DNA of 64,000 nucleotides, taken from a virus. The DNA lies in IMG/VR virus record IMGVR_UViG_3300032731_000125, positions 6,432 to 70,431 of that record, one strand, 5' to 3'. Position numbers and translations under genes: made by a program. Positions 47,785 through 58,692 of the stretch are shown here, in pieces (positions within the stretch are counted from its first letter, which is position 1; each line of letters begins with the position of its first letter). A model generated the notes under the pieces. It saw nothing but the letters and a program-made list of their open reading frames with translations. It made no database searches and was not told the origin of the DNA.

Positions 47785-50311
47785 ATGGCGTCAATGAGAG
47801 ATTGGGAAAAGGACTTGAATAAAATGTCGCTCGAAGAACTTGCTGATATACAAGCTGCATTTCAGGCATTAAAGAACTGGGATATGTTTGAAAAGGAATA
47901 TCACGAGCTGGAGTTCTTACGATCAATGGTACAATATGTGATATATGACAAAAAACAAAGGAGGGGAACATGAGCCTTCAAGATGATATTTTCGACATTG
48001 GAGCGGTAATAGAAACCCATCCCAAAGAAATACAAGAGGCGTGGGAAAGATTTTACACCCATTCATTTTTAGCAGAGGAAGAGCGGGATCACACAAAGAA
48101 GCAAGTAGAGACTTTAATGCAAGCATTGAGAATAATTAAAAACTGGAGTAAAGCAATCAAATGATTACCAGCCACCAAAAGGAGGTAGGGACAAATGCCG
48201 AATAATGACAAACTATACGCGATATGGATTGAAGTAAGCGAAACGGATCTTGACGGTACAAGCTATAAGCGTATCGAGACGGATCTGGAGCCCAGTGCGA
48301 TATTTGACCGGAAAGTTTCAGCGGTTAAGTTTGCAACTGATTTACACGAGGCCACTAAACGTTTAGTGGCAATAAAGGTGGAGGAGGGTTAAAAGATGAA
48401 AACCGATGTAATTTTTAGGTACTGGCGCGGCTCTGTTATTGCCATTTTTCCTGATGAACCTGGCGATATGAACCCCGCAACCTGTTTGTCCTACAAGGCC
48501 ATAGGTCAGCACGGTTCTTGTGATCCTGTGTTCGTTATTCAAAACAGCAAGCTGGCAACAAAAGAACAGTATGGCAGGCTGTTTGACGAATTAACATCAA
48601 TCGGCTATAATCTGAAAATTAAGGAAAGGTATAGCCATAGAACATTTGGCGAAAGAAGGTTTAAACTAAAGCACCTACAAGGATGATCAAGCCGGTGAAA
48701 GAGAAACTTTGCACAGACTGTCAGCATATAACTAGGCTAACATCCTTCTCCGGTGTGTGTAAATGTCCTGTGTATAACGATAGCTTTACGGTGTATAAAC
48801 GAAACTTTAAACTTGCGGATAGGTGTGAGCATTATAAAGTTAGGAAAAGTTAAATGGCAACTTATTGCAGATTAAAATCAGACACAGTCATGGTGATAGA
48901 CTGGACCAGCGAGGCTACAGAAGAGTTTTATTGCTATCCGCTGGGGCTGAATGCTGAAAGTTTGGTTAGAATTCCATTTGACGAGGTTGACAAGGTTGAT
49001 ACAAGCTTGAAGTTTTTAAAGATGTTTAGGTATTAATTAATATTACATAAAGGAGGTAAGGAAAATGAGCGAAAACGAAAAGAAACATACTGAATTGCCC
49101 TGGGATTGGAACGACAGCCTGCTTAAATCGGATGGGTTTGTCGAAATCTTTACACATATTGACGTTGACGGTGTCTCGCCTATCGCTGATGTTTATAGGC
49201 ACCTTTGGAGCGATTCCGGCCCCGCCATAAACGACGAGCAAGCCAAAGCAAACGCCGAATTTATCGTCCGGGCTTGCAATAATTATTACGAATTGCTTGA
49301 GGCTTGTAGGTGGATTTTAAATGATATTGAGTCCGGCCAGATGCAAGGCCGGAACTCTGTGTCGATACAAGATTCATATTCTGAAAAACTTAAACAAGCA
49401 ATCGCCGCAACTACCGACGAATAAAGGAGGGCTAAAAATGCCAAGTAACACATTATCACCGGAAGAGGTTAAAAGCGTAGCCTGTTTGCGAACTCTAAAC
49501 CTATTCCAGAATGAACAGAAAAAGAACTGTGACAATCGCGACACTATGGATCACCCAACACACGAACATCCAGAAAACGACAAATGTAATTGTCCTGACG
49601 GTACGCCGGTTAGTCTAAAGTTCTTTGACTTTGGGAACGGTAACGGTAAGTCAGCGTCAAAATTATCATGTTGGGAGTGTAAGAAGCATATCTCATGGAA
49701 AACAATAAAAAAGGGGTGTAAATGTTGCATAATCTATTAATAGACTTATTATGTTTTATCGGTGGAAGCGTCCTGTCCGGTTTGGTGGTTTATTGCTGGA
49801 TGAGGATCAAAATGGAAAAAATGTGCTTTGGTTGTGAGTATAACTTTTAAAATATGGAATATTCATTTTAACAGCCCAAAGCTCAATTCTGACGGTACTT
49901 AACCGAGAGGACATACTATGGCATTAAAAACGAACGAACATGTGGTAGGATTCTTCCGTTGCATACGAGGTGTTATAGAAATAGCCAAAGGAATAGGCGG
50001 AATCCTGATATTTATGTTTTGCATGTATAGTATTAAAAAAATAATAGGGAGGTAAAAAAATGAAAGCAGAAGATTGTAACAATTGCACGAGAACTTGCAA
50101 TCCGGTTATTCAAGACAAATTCGGCAACCGTTATCCAAAAAAAATTGTAAAGAAAGGCGATACGTTTATACCTTTCGTCTGTCCCGGTCAAAAACCAACA
50201 AGGGGAACGTTTATGCTTGCAGAATTGGCCTTGTCATATCCAACAAGCCTGAATGAAGCATTAAGCGCGTTGCCTTTTGACTGTAACCTTAATTTTTATC
50301 TGCGGAGGTAA
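47785..50311 (+). other. Further small early CDSs (47785-47973, 47970-48164, 48195-48392, 48396-48686, 48854-49036, 49065-49424, 49438-49740, 50060-50311)
   Basis: Head-to-tail ORFs mostly with GGAGG SDs. 49065 carries the common phage HT.LPW...ANAEFIVRACN motif. Confidence 0.6.
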
Positions 50312-50313
50312 CA

Positions 50314-50484
50314 ATGGCAAAAAGGCATATTTGTATAACGATAAATCCTAAATTGCTAAGGGTCTTAGACGCAGTAGCGGCGAGTGAAAAACGAACCAGG
50401 TCCAATATGATTGAGTTGATTGTTGAAAAACATCTGCGCGATAATGGTAATTTGGATGCGGTTAATCTTAATGATAGTAGATAG
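50314..50484 (+). CDS. Ribbon-helix-helix (CopG-like) DNA-binding protein, 56 aa
   Basis: Manual translation MAKRHICITINPKLLRVLDAVAASEKRTRSNMIELIVEKHL..., GGAGG SD. Confidence 0.75.
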   Translation: MAKRHICITINPKLLRVLDAVAASEKRTRSNMIELIVEKHLRDNGNLDAVNLNDSR

Positions 50485-50507
50485 AAAAGGAGGTGTAGTA
50501 AGATATC

Positions 50508-52130
50508 TTAAATGTCAAAGGCCTTCTTAAAGTATTCAGGAAACAACTTGTCTTTGTGGTCTTTAGTCATACGCCTTACTGCAACTGTGTCTAACACGTA
50601 GGTTGTACACCAGTCGTCCTTAGACCGAACTCCTCGTCCTGCACCCTGGACTACAGACTGACAACTATCTGAAGCATACCACAGATTTCCAATTTTGCTA
50701 CCATAAACCCTGGCAGAAACCAACTTATCTCCCAGGCTCTGAAATGGCATTTTCGGAATAATGCAAAACCGGCACAAATCACCAGGCAAGTCTATACCGC
50801 GCGTCGAACTGGGAGATACAAACACCAGGGGCTCATCTGAATCTTTGAACTTTTGCAAGACTTCGTCTTTATTCCTGGCATCGTGAGTAACAAGTCTGTG
50901 TGCCTGTGTTGATTTCATGCCCATGATAATTTTGTTTAACTTCCAAGATACTGTATGTATCAGTCCCTTCTCATCATGGTGGTCCACAAGCAATTCCCGA
51001 ATTCGATCTAAAATCTTAGGGATGTCTCGGTCAAAAGTTTTATAACTAAGATCCCCACATGGATCAAGCCATACCTTCCTGTTTTCAACTGCGAAGGTAG
51101 ACGCTAATTCAAGCTCGTCTATATCTCCAACATGCAAACCAAGCGTTTTGGCAAGTATTTGTGATGGAGGAAAGGTTGCCGACATTAGCACAAAGGTCTT
51201 AGCGTGTCTCAACAAGAACTGTTCAGTCAAGGCCGGTGTTAGGTAGATTGGCTTAAACTCCCACGCTTGAACGCTACCTCTAAAATCTCTAACTTCATCG
51301 AATAGCCATGTTTCATCCATAGACTCCTCGAACACGCCAAGTTTGAACTTTAGATTGCTCAAGGACTCAACCTCTCTGGATATGCCGTTAAATCCGAAGT
51401 CTTCTGGCTGTAGGTCTTCAAGCTTGCCCCTAAGAAGTGAGTCCCGAGCCTTAACCTTAGCGCTTGTTTCTTCAGCCCATACTTTCCAAGTATCAACGCC
51501 TGTCTTAGATGTTGCCGTTTTGCGTTCTGGTGGTTCTATTTGAAGCAAGTCGAGCTGACGCTTGGAAATCCGCAACAGTACGAAGTTGCTAAGGATACCC
51601 TCTATCATGTCAGCTTCATCAGCAATGATTATTTCATAATCAGAGAAACGACCGACGAAGTTACTTTCAAATAAAAAATAATTATAGTTTAAAATTTGGT
51701 ACTTATGGTTTAGAACCTCTTGTTTCCGAATTTCGTATGGGCATCTTTGCTTGCATGATTTAACAGCGTCCTTGACTTCCGTACTGGCTGTTTCCATACT
51801 AATTGCTTTTAGCGGACATTCTGCTGCGGTTAGACTACCATAAGCTACACACGGGAAATTATTGCGGCCCCAAATGGTTTTACATTCCGGAAAATCTTCT
51901 TCAAGTTGTTTTTGTAATTGCTTACTGGAACAAAGATAGGCAAATCTGCCATGATCCATACCGGCGATAATTCCAATCAATGATTTTCCCGATCCGCATG
52001 ATGCTGTCAGAACCCGAATCTTTTTCTCTGAGTCCATTATAAATTTTAAAGCGTCGATCTGACCAGGGCGAAAATCAAACCGTGCGAAATTGTTGAGTTG
52101 AGATTTTAGGTTTACGAGTTGTTTGAGCAT
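50508..52130 (-). CDS. DinG/XPD-family Fe-S DNA helicase
   Basis: Walker A ASCGSGKS, GRNNFPC with Cys cluster, DEAD, SAT, GIDLPGD, QGAGRGVRS.DD. Confidence 0.88.
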   Translation of the reverse strand: MLKQLVNLKSQLNNFARFDFRPGQIDALKFIMDSEKKIRVLTASCGSGKSLIGIIAGMDHGRFAYLCSSKQLQKQLEEDFPECKTIWGRNNFPCVAYGSLTAAECPLKAISMETASTEVKDAVKSCKQRCPYEIRKQEVLNHKYQILNYNYFLFESNFVGRFSDYEIIIADEADMIEGILSNFVLLRISKRQLDLLQIEPPERKTATSKTGVDTWKVWAEETSAKVKARDSLLRGKLEDLQPEDFGFNGISREVESLSNLKFKLGVFEESMDETWLFDEVRDFRGSVQAWEFKPIYLTPALTEQFLLRHAKTFVLMSATFPPSQILAKTLGLHVGDIDELELASTFAVENRKVWLDPCGDLSYKTFDRDIPKILDRIRELLVDHHDEKGLIHTVSWKLNKIIMGMKSTQAHRLVTHDARNKDEVLQKFKDSDEPLVFVSPSSTRGIDLPGDLCRFCIIPKMPFQSLGDKLVSARVYGSKIGNLWYASDSCQSVVQGAGRGVRSKDDWCTTYVLDTVAVRRMTKDHKDKLFPEYFKKAFDI

Positions 52131-52150
52131 AGCACTCCTTTTTTTTAATA

Positions 52151-52507
52151 CTACTTAGAGAAAATTTCTACCAAGTCCTCATTGTCTAAAAGTCGATTTA
52201 GCGCAATCCAATCAGTTTCAGGATAACACTTCTCGGTCGGGTAATCATCAACCACCACAACACAATCTTCATAGTCTAATTCCCGGCTCCCCGACTGCAT
52301 TATAATATCTGGCCTTGCTATAACCAAACCGCTAAATGGAGGGTCTTCTTTTATGTTAATTCCTTCTTCGTCTGCAAATTTTTTATCATCATCAAAATAC
52401 CAATAAATACGACTACCATGTTTCAAAGAACCTGTTACCTTCTCGAAAGCTTCTTCCCAATTCCTGGGAAGGTAAATATTTTCACAGTCACTTATAATTT
52501 TTTCCAT
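52151..52507 (-). CDS. Hypothetical protein
   Basis: 118 aa with AAGGAGG SD. Confidence 0.6.
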   Translation of the reverse strand: MEKIISDCENIYLPRNWEEAFEKVTGSLKHGSRIYWYFDDDKKFADEEGINIKEDPPFSGLVIARPDIIMQSGSRELDYEDCVVVVDDYPTEKCYPETDWIALNRLLDNEDLVEIFSK

Positions 52508-53094
52508 CTCTAACCTCCTTTTCAGTTTTCACTTTATATATCTATATAAGACTTAAGACTTAAGATAATAGAATACAATTATGTTTTAGGTCAGTGGGTA
52601 TGGTGTTTTTTTTTAAACTATATTCTATAGGGATATTTTTCCACTTTTTCCACCGCAAAGCCTTGGTGCTACCGACTTCTCGTACCTCGAATCCCCGCAA
52701 TCAAATATCAAAGGGGTCGATCTGCGAAGATTGCCACCAACAGAACATGATAACCACGCATGTTTCCTGAGAGTGGCAAAAACAGTAGATTTTCCCGATT
52801 TTCGTGGTTTTGCTTTTTGGTTGACGCAGTGCGAATCATGCGCCAGTACCCATTTCCAGTTTTCACTACATTGTGGTAGTGGTAAAATCCTACACTTTTT
52901 ACGGCTTTTTGAGGCATAATAGGTAGGTTTGGGTATTAACATATTGCACCTCTTTGTATTTTGTAGATAGATGAAGTTTTCATGAACATAATAATATCAG
53001 AATACAGTTTATTTTTAGATGTAATAAATACAACGACTTGAAGTTTTTGCGAATACCAGAATACAATTTATTCTAAGCATACAATGTGTAAAGT

Positions 53095-53256
53095 TTAATC
53101 CTTTTTCCTGAATTCTAAGTCACGCTTGTTGTCAATAAAACAGTAGCCACTTCCAAAAAATTCATAACCAAAAGACTCAACGGTTTCCATGATTGCATCG
53201 TCCATCTCAAAGTTCAATTCACCCGTATAAAATATTTCAAGTTTGTCTTTTCCCAT
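53095..53256 (-). CDS. Hypothetical protein (53 aa)
   Basis: Manual translation MGKDKLEIFYTGELNFEMDD...KKD*, with GGAGG SD. Confidence 0.55.
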   Translation of the reverse strand: MGKDKLEIFYTGELNFEMDDAIMETVESFGYEFFGSGYCFIDNKRDLEFRKKD

Positions 53257-53265
53257 GGTAACCTC

Positions 53266-53922
53266 CTATTTGTTTGCTGTGTTTTTCTGTACATCTTCAT
53301 CATTTTTCTCGCTCTTTCCACCCGGCCTGCCCGGTCCTTTGTCGTACAAAATCTCTCGAATTGGCCTCCCGGAAAAGATTTTTACAGACGCCCTGCGAGC
53401 CAATAATTGTATTTCCTGGGGCAACGTTTCTATGATTTCTTCGATTCCGTCAAGGGCTTTTTGCTTGGTTACAACACCTGCTTTATATGATATGTAGAGC
53501 TCTTTAAAGGCCTTCGCACAGTCGTCTAAAAGTTGATAGTTGTAGTTGATGTCTTCAGTTTGGATGATCGCTTCGTAGGTCTGTGAGCCCTTGAAGTCCC
53601 AATTGTCACGCATTAATATATGGTATAGTAGGTTGATACCGAGGTAGTGTGCCGCCCTGTGTACCTGGCTTACCGTGTCTATGATCGGGCATTTGTTAGC
53701 TATCTGAGACGCCTGAGCCGCCAGTCTGTTGTAACAGCGAAAATTCAGATGAGCAGATGTTCCCGTACCACCGGCGAGTGACTTTATAACCTTTAGGTCT
53801 TTGCCGAACTCATCAACTATTTTTTCGTATATTGTGCGCTCGGTTTTTAGTGTATCGCCGGTTTTGGTGAATGTTTTCTTGTTGTTGTTCTTGGTGTTGG
53901 TGTTATCTTTGTTTTTCGCCAT
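53266..53922 (-). CDS. Putative DNA-binding protein (C-terminal GRP/AT-hook-like motif)
   Basis: 218 aa ending KGPGRPGGKS, GGAGG SD. Confidence 0.5.
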   Translation of the reverse strand: MAKNKDNTNTKNNNKKTFTKTGDTLKTERTIYEKIVDEFGKDLKVIKSLAGGTGTSAHLNFRCYNRLAAQASQIANKCPIIDTVSQVHRAAHYLGINLLYHILMRDNWDFKGSQTYEAIIQTEDINYNYQLLDDCAKAFKELYISYKAGVVTKQKALDGIEEIIETLPQEIQLLARRASVKIFSGRPIREILYDKGPGRPGGKSEKNDEDVQKNTANK

Positions 53923-53932
53923 TTATACCTCC

Positions 53933-54082
53933 CTATTTACCAATACTACCAATAAAATAAAGCCCTACACCTACAGCAACCACAACGCCAACCACCTTAA
54001 GGGCTATCGCCAGTCCAAACATTATGTGTAAGGCTGTAAATAATAATAAATTTCCAAGTATCAACTTGAACCAATCTTTCAT
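53933..54082 (-). CDS. Small two-TM membrane protein (49 aa)
   Basis: Manual translation MKDWFKLILGNLLLFTALHIMFGLAIALKVVGVVVAVGVGLYFIGSIGK*. Confidence 0.55.
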   Translation of the reverse strand: MKDWFKLILGNLLLFTALHIMFGLAIALKVVGVVVAVGVGLYFIGSIGK

Positions 54083-54111
54083 CTTATACCTCCCTTTGAA
54101 CATTGTAAAAC

Positions 54112-54501
54112 TTAATCATTAAGGTCACTCCAAACGTTTTCAATTACCTCGTATACCATCTCTTTTGCCTTTGGAGTTAGGAACGAAAAGGTATTCAGGC
54201 AATCTTCCGGCACTTCGCCTTTTGTTTCTTTGATGTGATCACGTAAATATTCATGAACCATCTCATAATACCACCCGTCACAAAAAAATACACCCCGAAT
54301 ACTTAAACAGTCTGTGCATGTTTTATATTGATGGAAATCTCCAGACCATGAGCCTGAAACATTTTCATACGAACTGCCTTTTGCAATAGCACCATGGCAT
54401 TCTCCGCATTTGTGAACTTTTCGTGCTGTAACTATTTTTTCGTTTACAAAATCAATTTCGTCACTACCACATCCAACATATATACATGAACAGTCGCCCA
54501 T
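54112..54501 (-). CDS. Conserved phage Zn-binding protein (ARK.H.C.EC family)
   Basis: ARKVHKCGEC...I.KG..Y...KTCTDC. Confidence 0.7.
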   Translation of the reverse strand: MGDCSCIYVGCGSDEIDFVNEKIVTARKVHKCGECHGAIAKGSSYENVSGSWSGDFHQYKTCTDCLSIRGVFFCDGWYYEMVHEYLRDHIKETKGEVPEDCLNTFSFLTPKAKEMVYEVIENVWSDLND

Positions 54502-54502
54502 C

Positions 54503-55033
54503 TTATCCTACCTCCCTACTTACATTGTAAAACTTAATCATTGAATCCAATATGTACCTTTCGATATCGTTCCTGTTACGATTAAAATATGAATGCAGAC
54601 CATAACGAACACGCCAACTGTCAAGGAAACCTCTGGCAACCTGTCCGGGAACTTTTGACATAATAAAACCGGCCAGTATATCCGCTTCAGACGCCTCCAC
54701 AACAAGAGATACCCACCCCCCTCCTTGTACCATATCCCTGAAGTCCTGCATCTTCTTGGTGGTCTTTTTGCGCTCCTTACCTATATAACCGTAGAAGTCT
54801 GAAATTTGCTTGCGCTCAATGCCGAACTCAAACTCATGGTCTAAAATGCTGTAGTCACCATAGGGAACCTTTTGTTTGATGATTTTAAGTGTGCCGGTAT
54901 GCTCTGGGATGGTTTTGAATAATGGCCGTTGCTCCCTGGTGTCAACTACGATGATCATGTCTTTGGGAATTTTAAATGGTTTTAGTTTTATTATATGGGG
55001 TGAATTAACCGTTTTGTCTTTTTTGAATTTCAA
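54503..55033 (-). CDS. ERCC4/XPF-family structure-specific nuclease
   Basis: VDTREQ, GDYS and IERK catalytic motifs. Confidence 0.88.
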   Translation of the reverse strand: MKFKKDKTVNSPHIIKLKPFKIPKDMIIVVDTREQRPLFKTIPEHTGTLKIIKQKVPYGDYSILDHEFEFGIERKQISDFYGYIGKERKKTTKKMQDFRDMVQGGGWVSLVVEASEADILAGFIMSKVPGQVARGFLDSWRVRYGLHSYFNRNRNDIERYILDSMIKFYNVSREVG

Positions 55034-55358
55034 TAGCGTACTCCTCGATATCTTTTGTAGCCTGTTCGACTAATAATTTACGAATGTTATGGTCAGTTTT
55101 GTATAGTTTAAGAAAGTAGAACTTATTTTTCAAGGCCGTGCGTGTTGCTGTAAACCCCTTGCCTTTTGGCAGATGTTTGGCCTTGGGCAGATCGTCAAGC
55201 TTGGCCCTGAGATTTAATATTGCCTGTTGTGCTTTTGATTTAGTCATTATATTGTTGAGTGTAGGTGTAGCTAAGCGATACAGGCCGCAATCATTTACAC
55301 AGCCATGCTTAAAGTCATATGACCTGTATCGCCTGGTGGTTATAGGTTGGTTATGCAT
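55005..55358 (-). CDS. Hypothetical basic protein
   Basis: 117-aa ORF; true start uncertain. Confidence 0.4.
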   Translation of the reverse strand: MHNQPITTRRYRSYDFKHGCVNDCGLYRLATPTLNNIMTKSKAQQAILNLRAKLDDLPKAKHLPKGKGFTATRTALKNKFYFLKLYKTDHNIRKLLVEQATKDIEEYAIEIQKRQNG

Positions 55359-55373
55359 TGTGGGTTAACGGTC

Positions 55374-55910
55374 CTACCAGTCCTCACCATCGTCACCGTC
55401 AGGCTCCGGTTCTGTCGCTGCCTTGGTCTTTTTGGCCGCAGCCGCACCCTTAACCGTCTGGAACTTGAGGAAGTTCATGCGGTTCTTTTCATTGCCGTCT
55501 TTATCGTCATACGTTTCAATAATATGAGTACCACGAAGGAATTTACCAGGCAACTTCATGGCAAACGCAGCGGCCAGTTTTTCGTCATCAATATCAACAT
55601 CGTTGAACTTCTCGCTGAAATACTTAAGCCCACCAGTCATATTGATAACCTTGTTAATCTGATCCTGGCCCATGTCGTTTACGCCACCGTCTTTTTTGAT
55701 AACGTTGACATACCACGAACCCTTGAGGCCGACCGCCTTGGCATCACCGTCAACCGGTTTGTCAACCATCAAGGTAAAGCGATAACCCTTAGAGCCGGTT
55801 TCTTCGTTTACGGCAAGCTCTACCTCGTCGATTTGCCAGATGTACTGACCGGCTGTGATTACGGGGTAGCCCAAGTCAATTTCTGTTTCATCCTTTGTCC
55901 ATTCTGCCAT
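55374..55910 (-). CDS. Single-stranded DNA-binding protein (DUF669-like)
   Basis: PVITAGQY...I..VE...TG..GY; acidic tail ending in W. Confidence 0.75.
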   Translation of the reverse strand: MAEWTKDETEIDLGYPVITAGQYIWQIDEVELAVNEETGSKGYRFTLMVDKPVDGDAKAVGLKGSWYVNVIKKDGGVNDMGQDQINKVINMTGGLKYFSEKFNDVDIDDEKLAAAFAMKLPGKFLRGTHIIETYDDKDGNEKNRMNFLKFQTVKGAAAAKKTKAATEPEPDGDDGEDW

Positions 55911-56159
55911 TTAACTTTTCTCCTTTTCTTGGTACATTTCTCTTCGTACCGTTTTTAGTATTTCCACGTACTTACCAACGAACACTTGTCCCTCAGCACC
56001 ATGAAACTTAGCCATCACGGTTTCTGCGCGCGGATCTGTAAATAAAAACGATACCCTCTTGTCGATTGTCTTCATTTCGTAGGGAATTCTGTGGTATGAC
56101 AGAAACGCTACGAGGTGAATGTCCTGCAATGTTACTCTCGTTTCTTGTTCTTCATTCAC
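55911..56159 (-). CDS. Conserved phage protein (DUF5659-like)
   Basis: DIHLVAFL...RVSFLF pattern. Confidence 0.55.
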   Translation of the reverse strand: MNEEQETRVTLQDIHLVAFLSYHRIPYEMKTIDKRVSFLFTDPRAETVMAKFHGAEGQVFVGKYVEILKTVRREMYQEKEKS

Positions 56160-56196
56160 ACGATGATTACCTCCTTTTTGTGATTGCGGTTAGTGG

Positions 56197-56802
56197 TTAT
56201 AGTTTTGTCCAAAGGGAAGATGGAGTTACGCCGCACATTTCTCCAAATTCTTCTTGGGTAATTTTGTCCAAATCTGCAACCGGTACGAAGCTAGACCAAC
56301 ACACATTTTTGTCATACCCATCTTGCAGTACAAGTCCAGCCATTTGGTTTCCGCCTTTCTGTACAACTATTACAGCAGTTTTGTCATCATATACAAACTT
56401 ATCTCCTGTTTTATAAAACACCTCCTCCTTTCTACCCCGGCCTACGTACTGAAGGTGGTCAACAGGCCAAGAATAATGACCAACGCCTTCAAGTCGGACG
56501 CCAGCATCAGAATAGAAGCTATCTTGAGGATCCCTAATAACATGCTCCTTGCCGACTTCGCGCTTCATGTGCCCATCCCATCCCTTTTCATCAACAACAC
56601 CCCTCATGCTTTCCAGTACCAATACACGGTCACCGATTTGTAATTTATACGGAACACAAATACTGGAACCATGCGGCCTGCCGGTTCGCACACACTCACT
56701 ATCACACCAGCCATGTTCATGCGGCTCTCGATGAACGCAAAACATTCCTGTACATCTTTTTGTTAATGGACAAATAAACAATTCAACCTTTTTCTTTTCC
56801 AT
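56197..56802 (-). CDS. Hypothetical protein (C/H-rich N-terminus, SH3-like GDRV module)
   Basis: Same architecture as 62875..63570. Confidence 0.55.
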   Translation of the reverse strand: MEKKKVELFICPLTKRCTGMFCVHREPHEHGWCDSECVRTGRPHGSSICVPYKLQIGDRVLVLESMRGVVDEKGWDGHMKREVGKEHVIRDPQDSFYSDAGVRLEGVGHYSWPVDHLQYVGRGRKEEVFYKTGDKFVYDDKTAVIVVQKGGNQMAGLVLQDGYDKNVCWSSFVPVADLDKITQEEFGEMCGVTPSSLWTKL

Positions 56803-56806
56803 TGTG

Positions 56807-58045
56807 CTATCCCTCCTTTATATTTCCATCTTCGATCATTACGGTGCAGCCTTCTCCATCTGACGAAACTCTTTCCAACCATATCTGACACTCGGCATCA
56901 TCGGCCATTTTCGCCACTGTGGCAAGGTTGGTGTCGTCCAGAAGCGAACCATCACGAATAAGTAGAACCTTTAAGTCTGGATTCAGGGCAATGCCCATGG
57001 CGATTGATACCCGCAGTTTCTCGGCAGATGAGGCTTGGCTAAACGGCACGCCATTATATAGTACACCGTCCTCGTCAAACGACAAACCTTTAACCGGGAA
57101 TTTGGCACTGGTTAACGCTTCAGCTTTCTTGGTGTCAATGGCGCTGATTTTATCTGAAATCTTTTCGGAGTCCTTTCTGGTGGCCTTAAGTTCCGACTTG
57201 TTTTCCCTGAGAACGAGATTAGACCTGATATTGGCATTGGTTTCGTCGGCGTCTGTGATCTGCCGTTGAATAGATTCGATATCCGGAATGTCCTGAGCGT
57301 CTATTTTAGCCTGAAGGTTCTGGCCGACTTGCTTGAGACTATCCATTTCGTCCTCAGCCTTGGCTATAAACATTTTCCAGTCAGTAATATTTCTCTTGCG
57401 TTCCTTATATGCCTCCTTTAGCCGGATAATTTCACGCTCATCATTAGCGCGGTCATTGATAACTTCCTGGGATTGCTGTAAATCTTCCATTAGCTCTGCC
57501 ACCGAGACCTCGACCAACGGCGCATCATGTTCTTTGGACGATTGAACAACACCCTCAAGGCGCTTGACTTCACGGTTTATGTCGGTGCGCTCGGTATATA
57601 ATTCCGTACGTTTAGCATCAAGCTCATCAAAGTCCAAGCCGATCAATGACTTCAGGGTGTCAAGTTGAGCCTTGTTGGCCATCTGTGTCCATTGAAGAGG
57701 ATCAAAGGTAAGCTGTCCGACCAATTCATCAAGCATTTTCTGTGGTGATGAATATACGTTGTCGTCGTTATTGTTAATGACCTTGAGCGATCCGCCTTTC
57801 TGTGTGAAGGTCCTAGTTATCGTGAAGTCGCCGATGTCAACCGTTACCTTGCCTTTTTTCTTGCCTTGTTTAAGAGGCTCTTGATGCTTGGCTTTTTTAC
57901 CGCCCATGGCTAACAGGATGGAATCTAAGACCGACGTTTTGCCCTGAGCGTTTTCACCACCGATTACGATAAGGTTGCCGTCAGGTGTGATTTCTACAGC
58001 ATCAAGACGTAGGACGTTCTGTGATTTTAGGCTTATTATTTTCAT
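56807..58045 (-). CDS. SMC/SbcC-like ABC ATPase with coiled coil
   Basis: GGENAQGKTS, long coiled coil, SSAEK signature, VLLIRD. Confidence 0.85.
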   Translation of the reverse strand: MKIISLKSQNVLRLDAVEITPDGNLIVIGGENAQGKTSVLDSILLAMGGKKAKHQEPLKQGKKKGKVTVDIGDFTITRTFTQKGGSLKVINNNDDNVYSSPQKMLDELVGQLTFDPLQWTQMANKAQLDTLKSLIGLDFDELDAKRTELYTERTDINREVKRLEGVVQSSKEHDAPLVEVSVAELMEDLQQSQEVINDRANDEREIIRLKEAYKERKRNITDWKMFIAKAEDEMDSLKQVGQNLQAKIDAQDIPDIESIQRQITDADETNANIRSNLVLRENKSELKATRKDSEKISDKISAIDTKKAEALTSAKFPVKGLSFDEDGVLYNGVPFSQASSAEKLRVSIAMGIALNPDLKVLLIRDGSLLDDTNLATVAKMADDAECQIWLERVSSDGEGCTVMIEDGNIKEG

Positions 58046-58665
58046 TTATTCTCCTTTCCTTTTTCTGTTATATATAAAGCATTACCGTCTCGCTTCACAT
58101 CAAGATTAGCAGTATATAGGTAATTCATGGCGTTTTTGATTTTAAAGGCCATGAATTCGGTCTGTATCCTTGTCTGGTCGCCAACGGGTTGCACAACTAA
58201 TACATAATCACTTAGTTTTTTACTACTCATCATAATCCTCTTCTTCTTCGTAGCATTCATGGTCGCATTCGACAAGGCACCCACACTCAAGACATGCAAA
58301 ATTGTCACATTCGTCATGGCCCATTTCTCCTTCTTCACACTTTGTGCAAAAATCTTTTTCTTCTTTCATTTCCTTTTCTCCTTCCACATGACGAAATACT
58401 CACCACGTATATCACGACCAGACTGTAGTGCAAACGGTACGCCTAAACCGTCGAAATGTTTCATCCACGATTCGAGGATAGTCTGCTGAGATTGCATGAT
58501 ATCATATACGCTACCCCTGTGGGTGTTGGTCACCCTGAACATGTGCGTTGAATGAACCCGAGGCAGAATATCTATCAGCCGACCCTTGGCAGCGAGATCC
58601 TTGATAAACTCGATGTCTGATGAATATGTAATTTTGTCAATGTCAAACTCGTTTTCTATGTACAT
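58042..58665 (-). other. Small hypothetical CDSs (58042-~58246, 58366-58665)
   Basis: Packed ORFs. Confidence 0.45.
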
Positions 58666-58692
58666 GATCCGTCTCCTTTTCTTGTTTGGTGC

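Noticed and set aside
52625-52942. 105-aa ORF as primase or replication initiator
   Set aside because: No recognisable motifs and atypical composition; left uncalled
53130-53135. TTGACA promoter on the minus strand
   Set aside because: Lies inside the 53095..53256 ORF and has no correctly spaced -10
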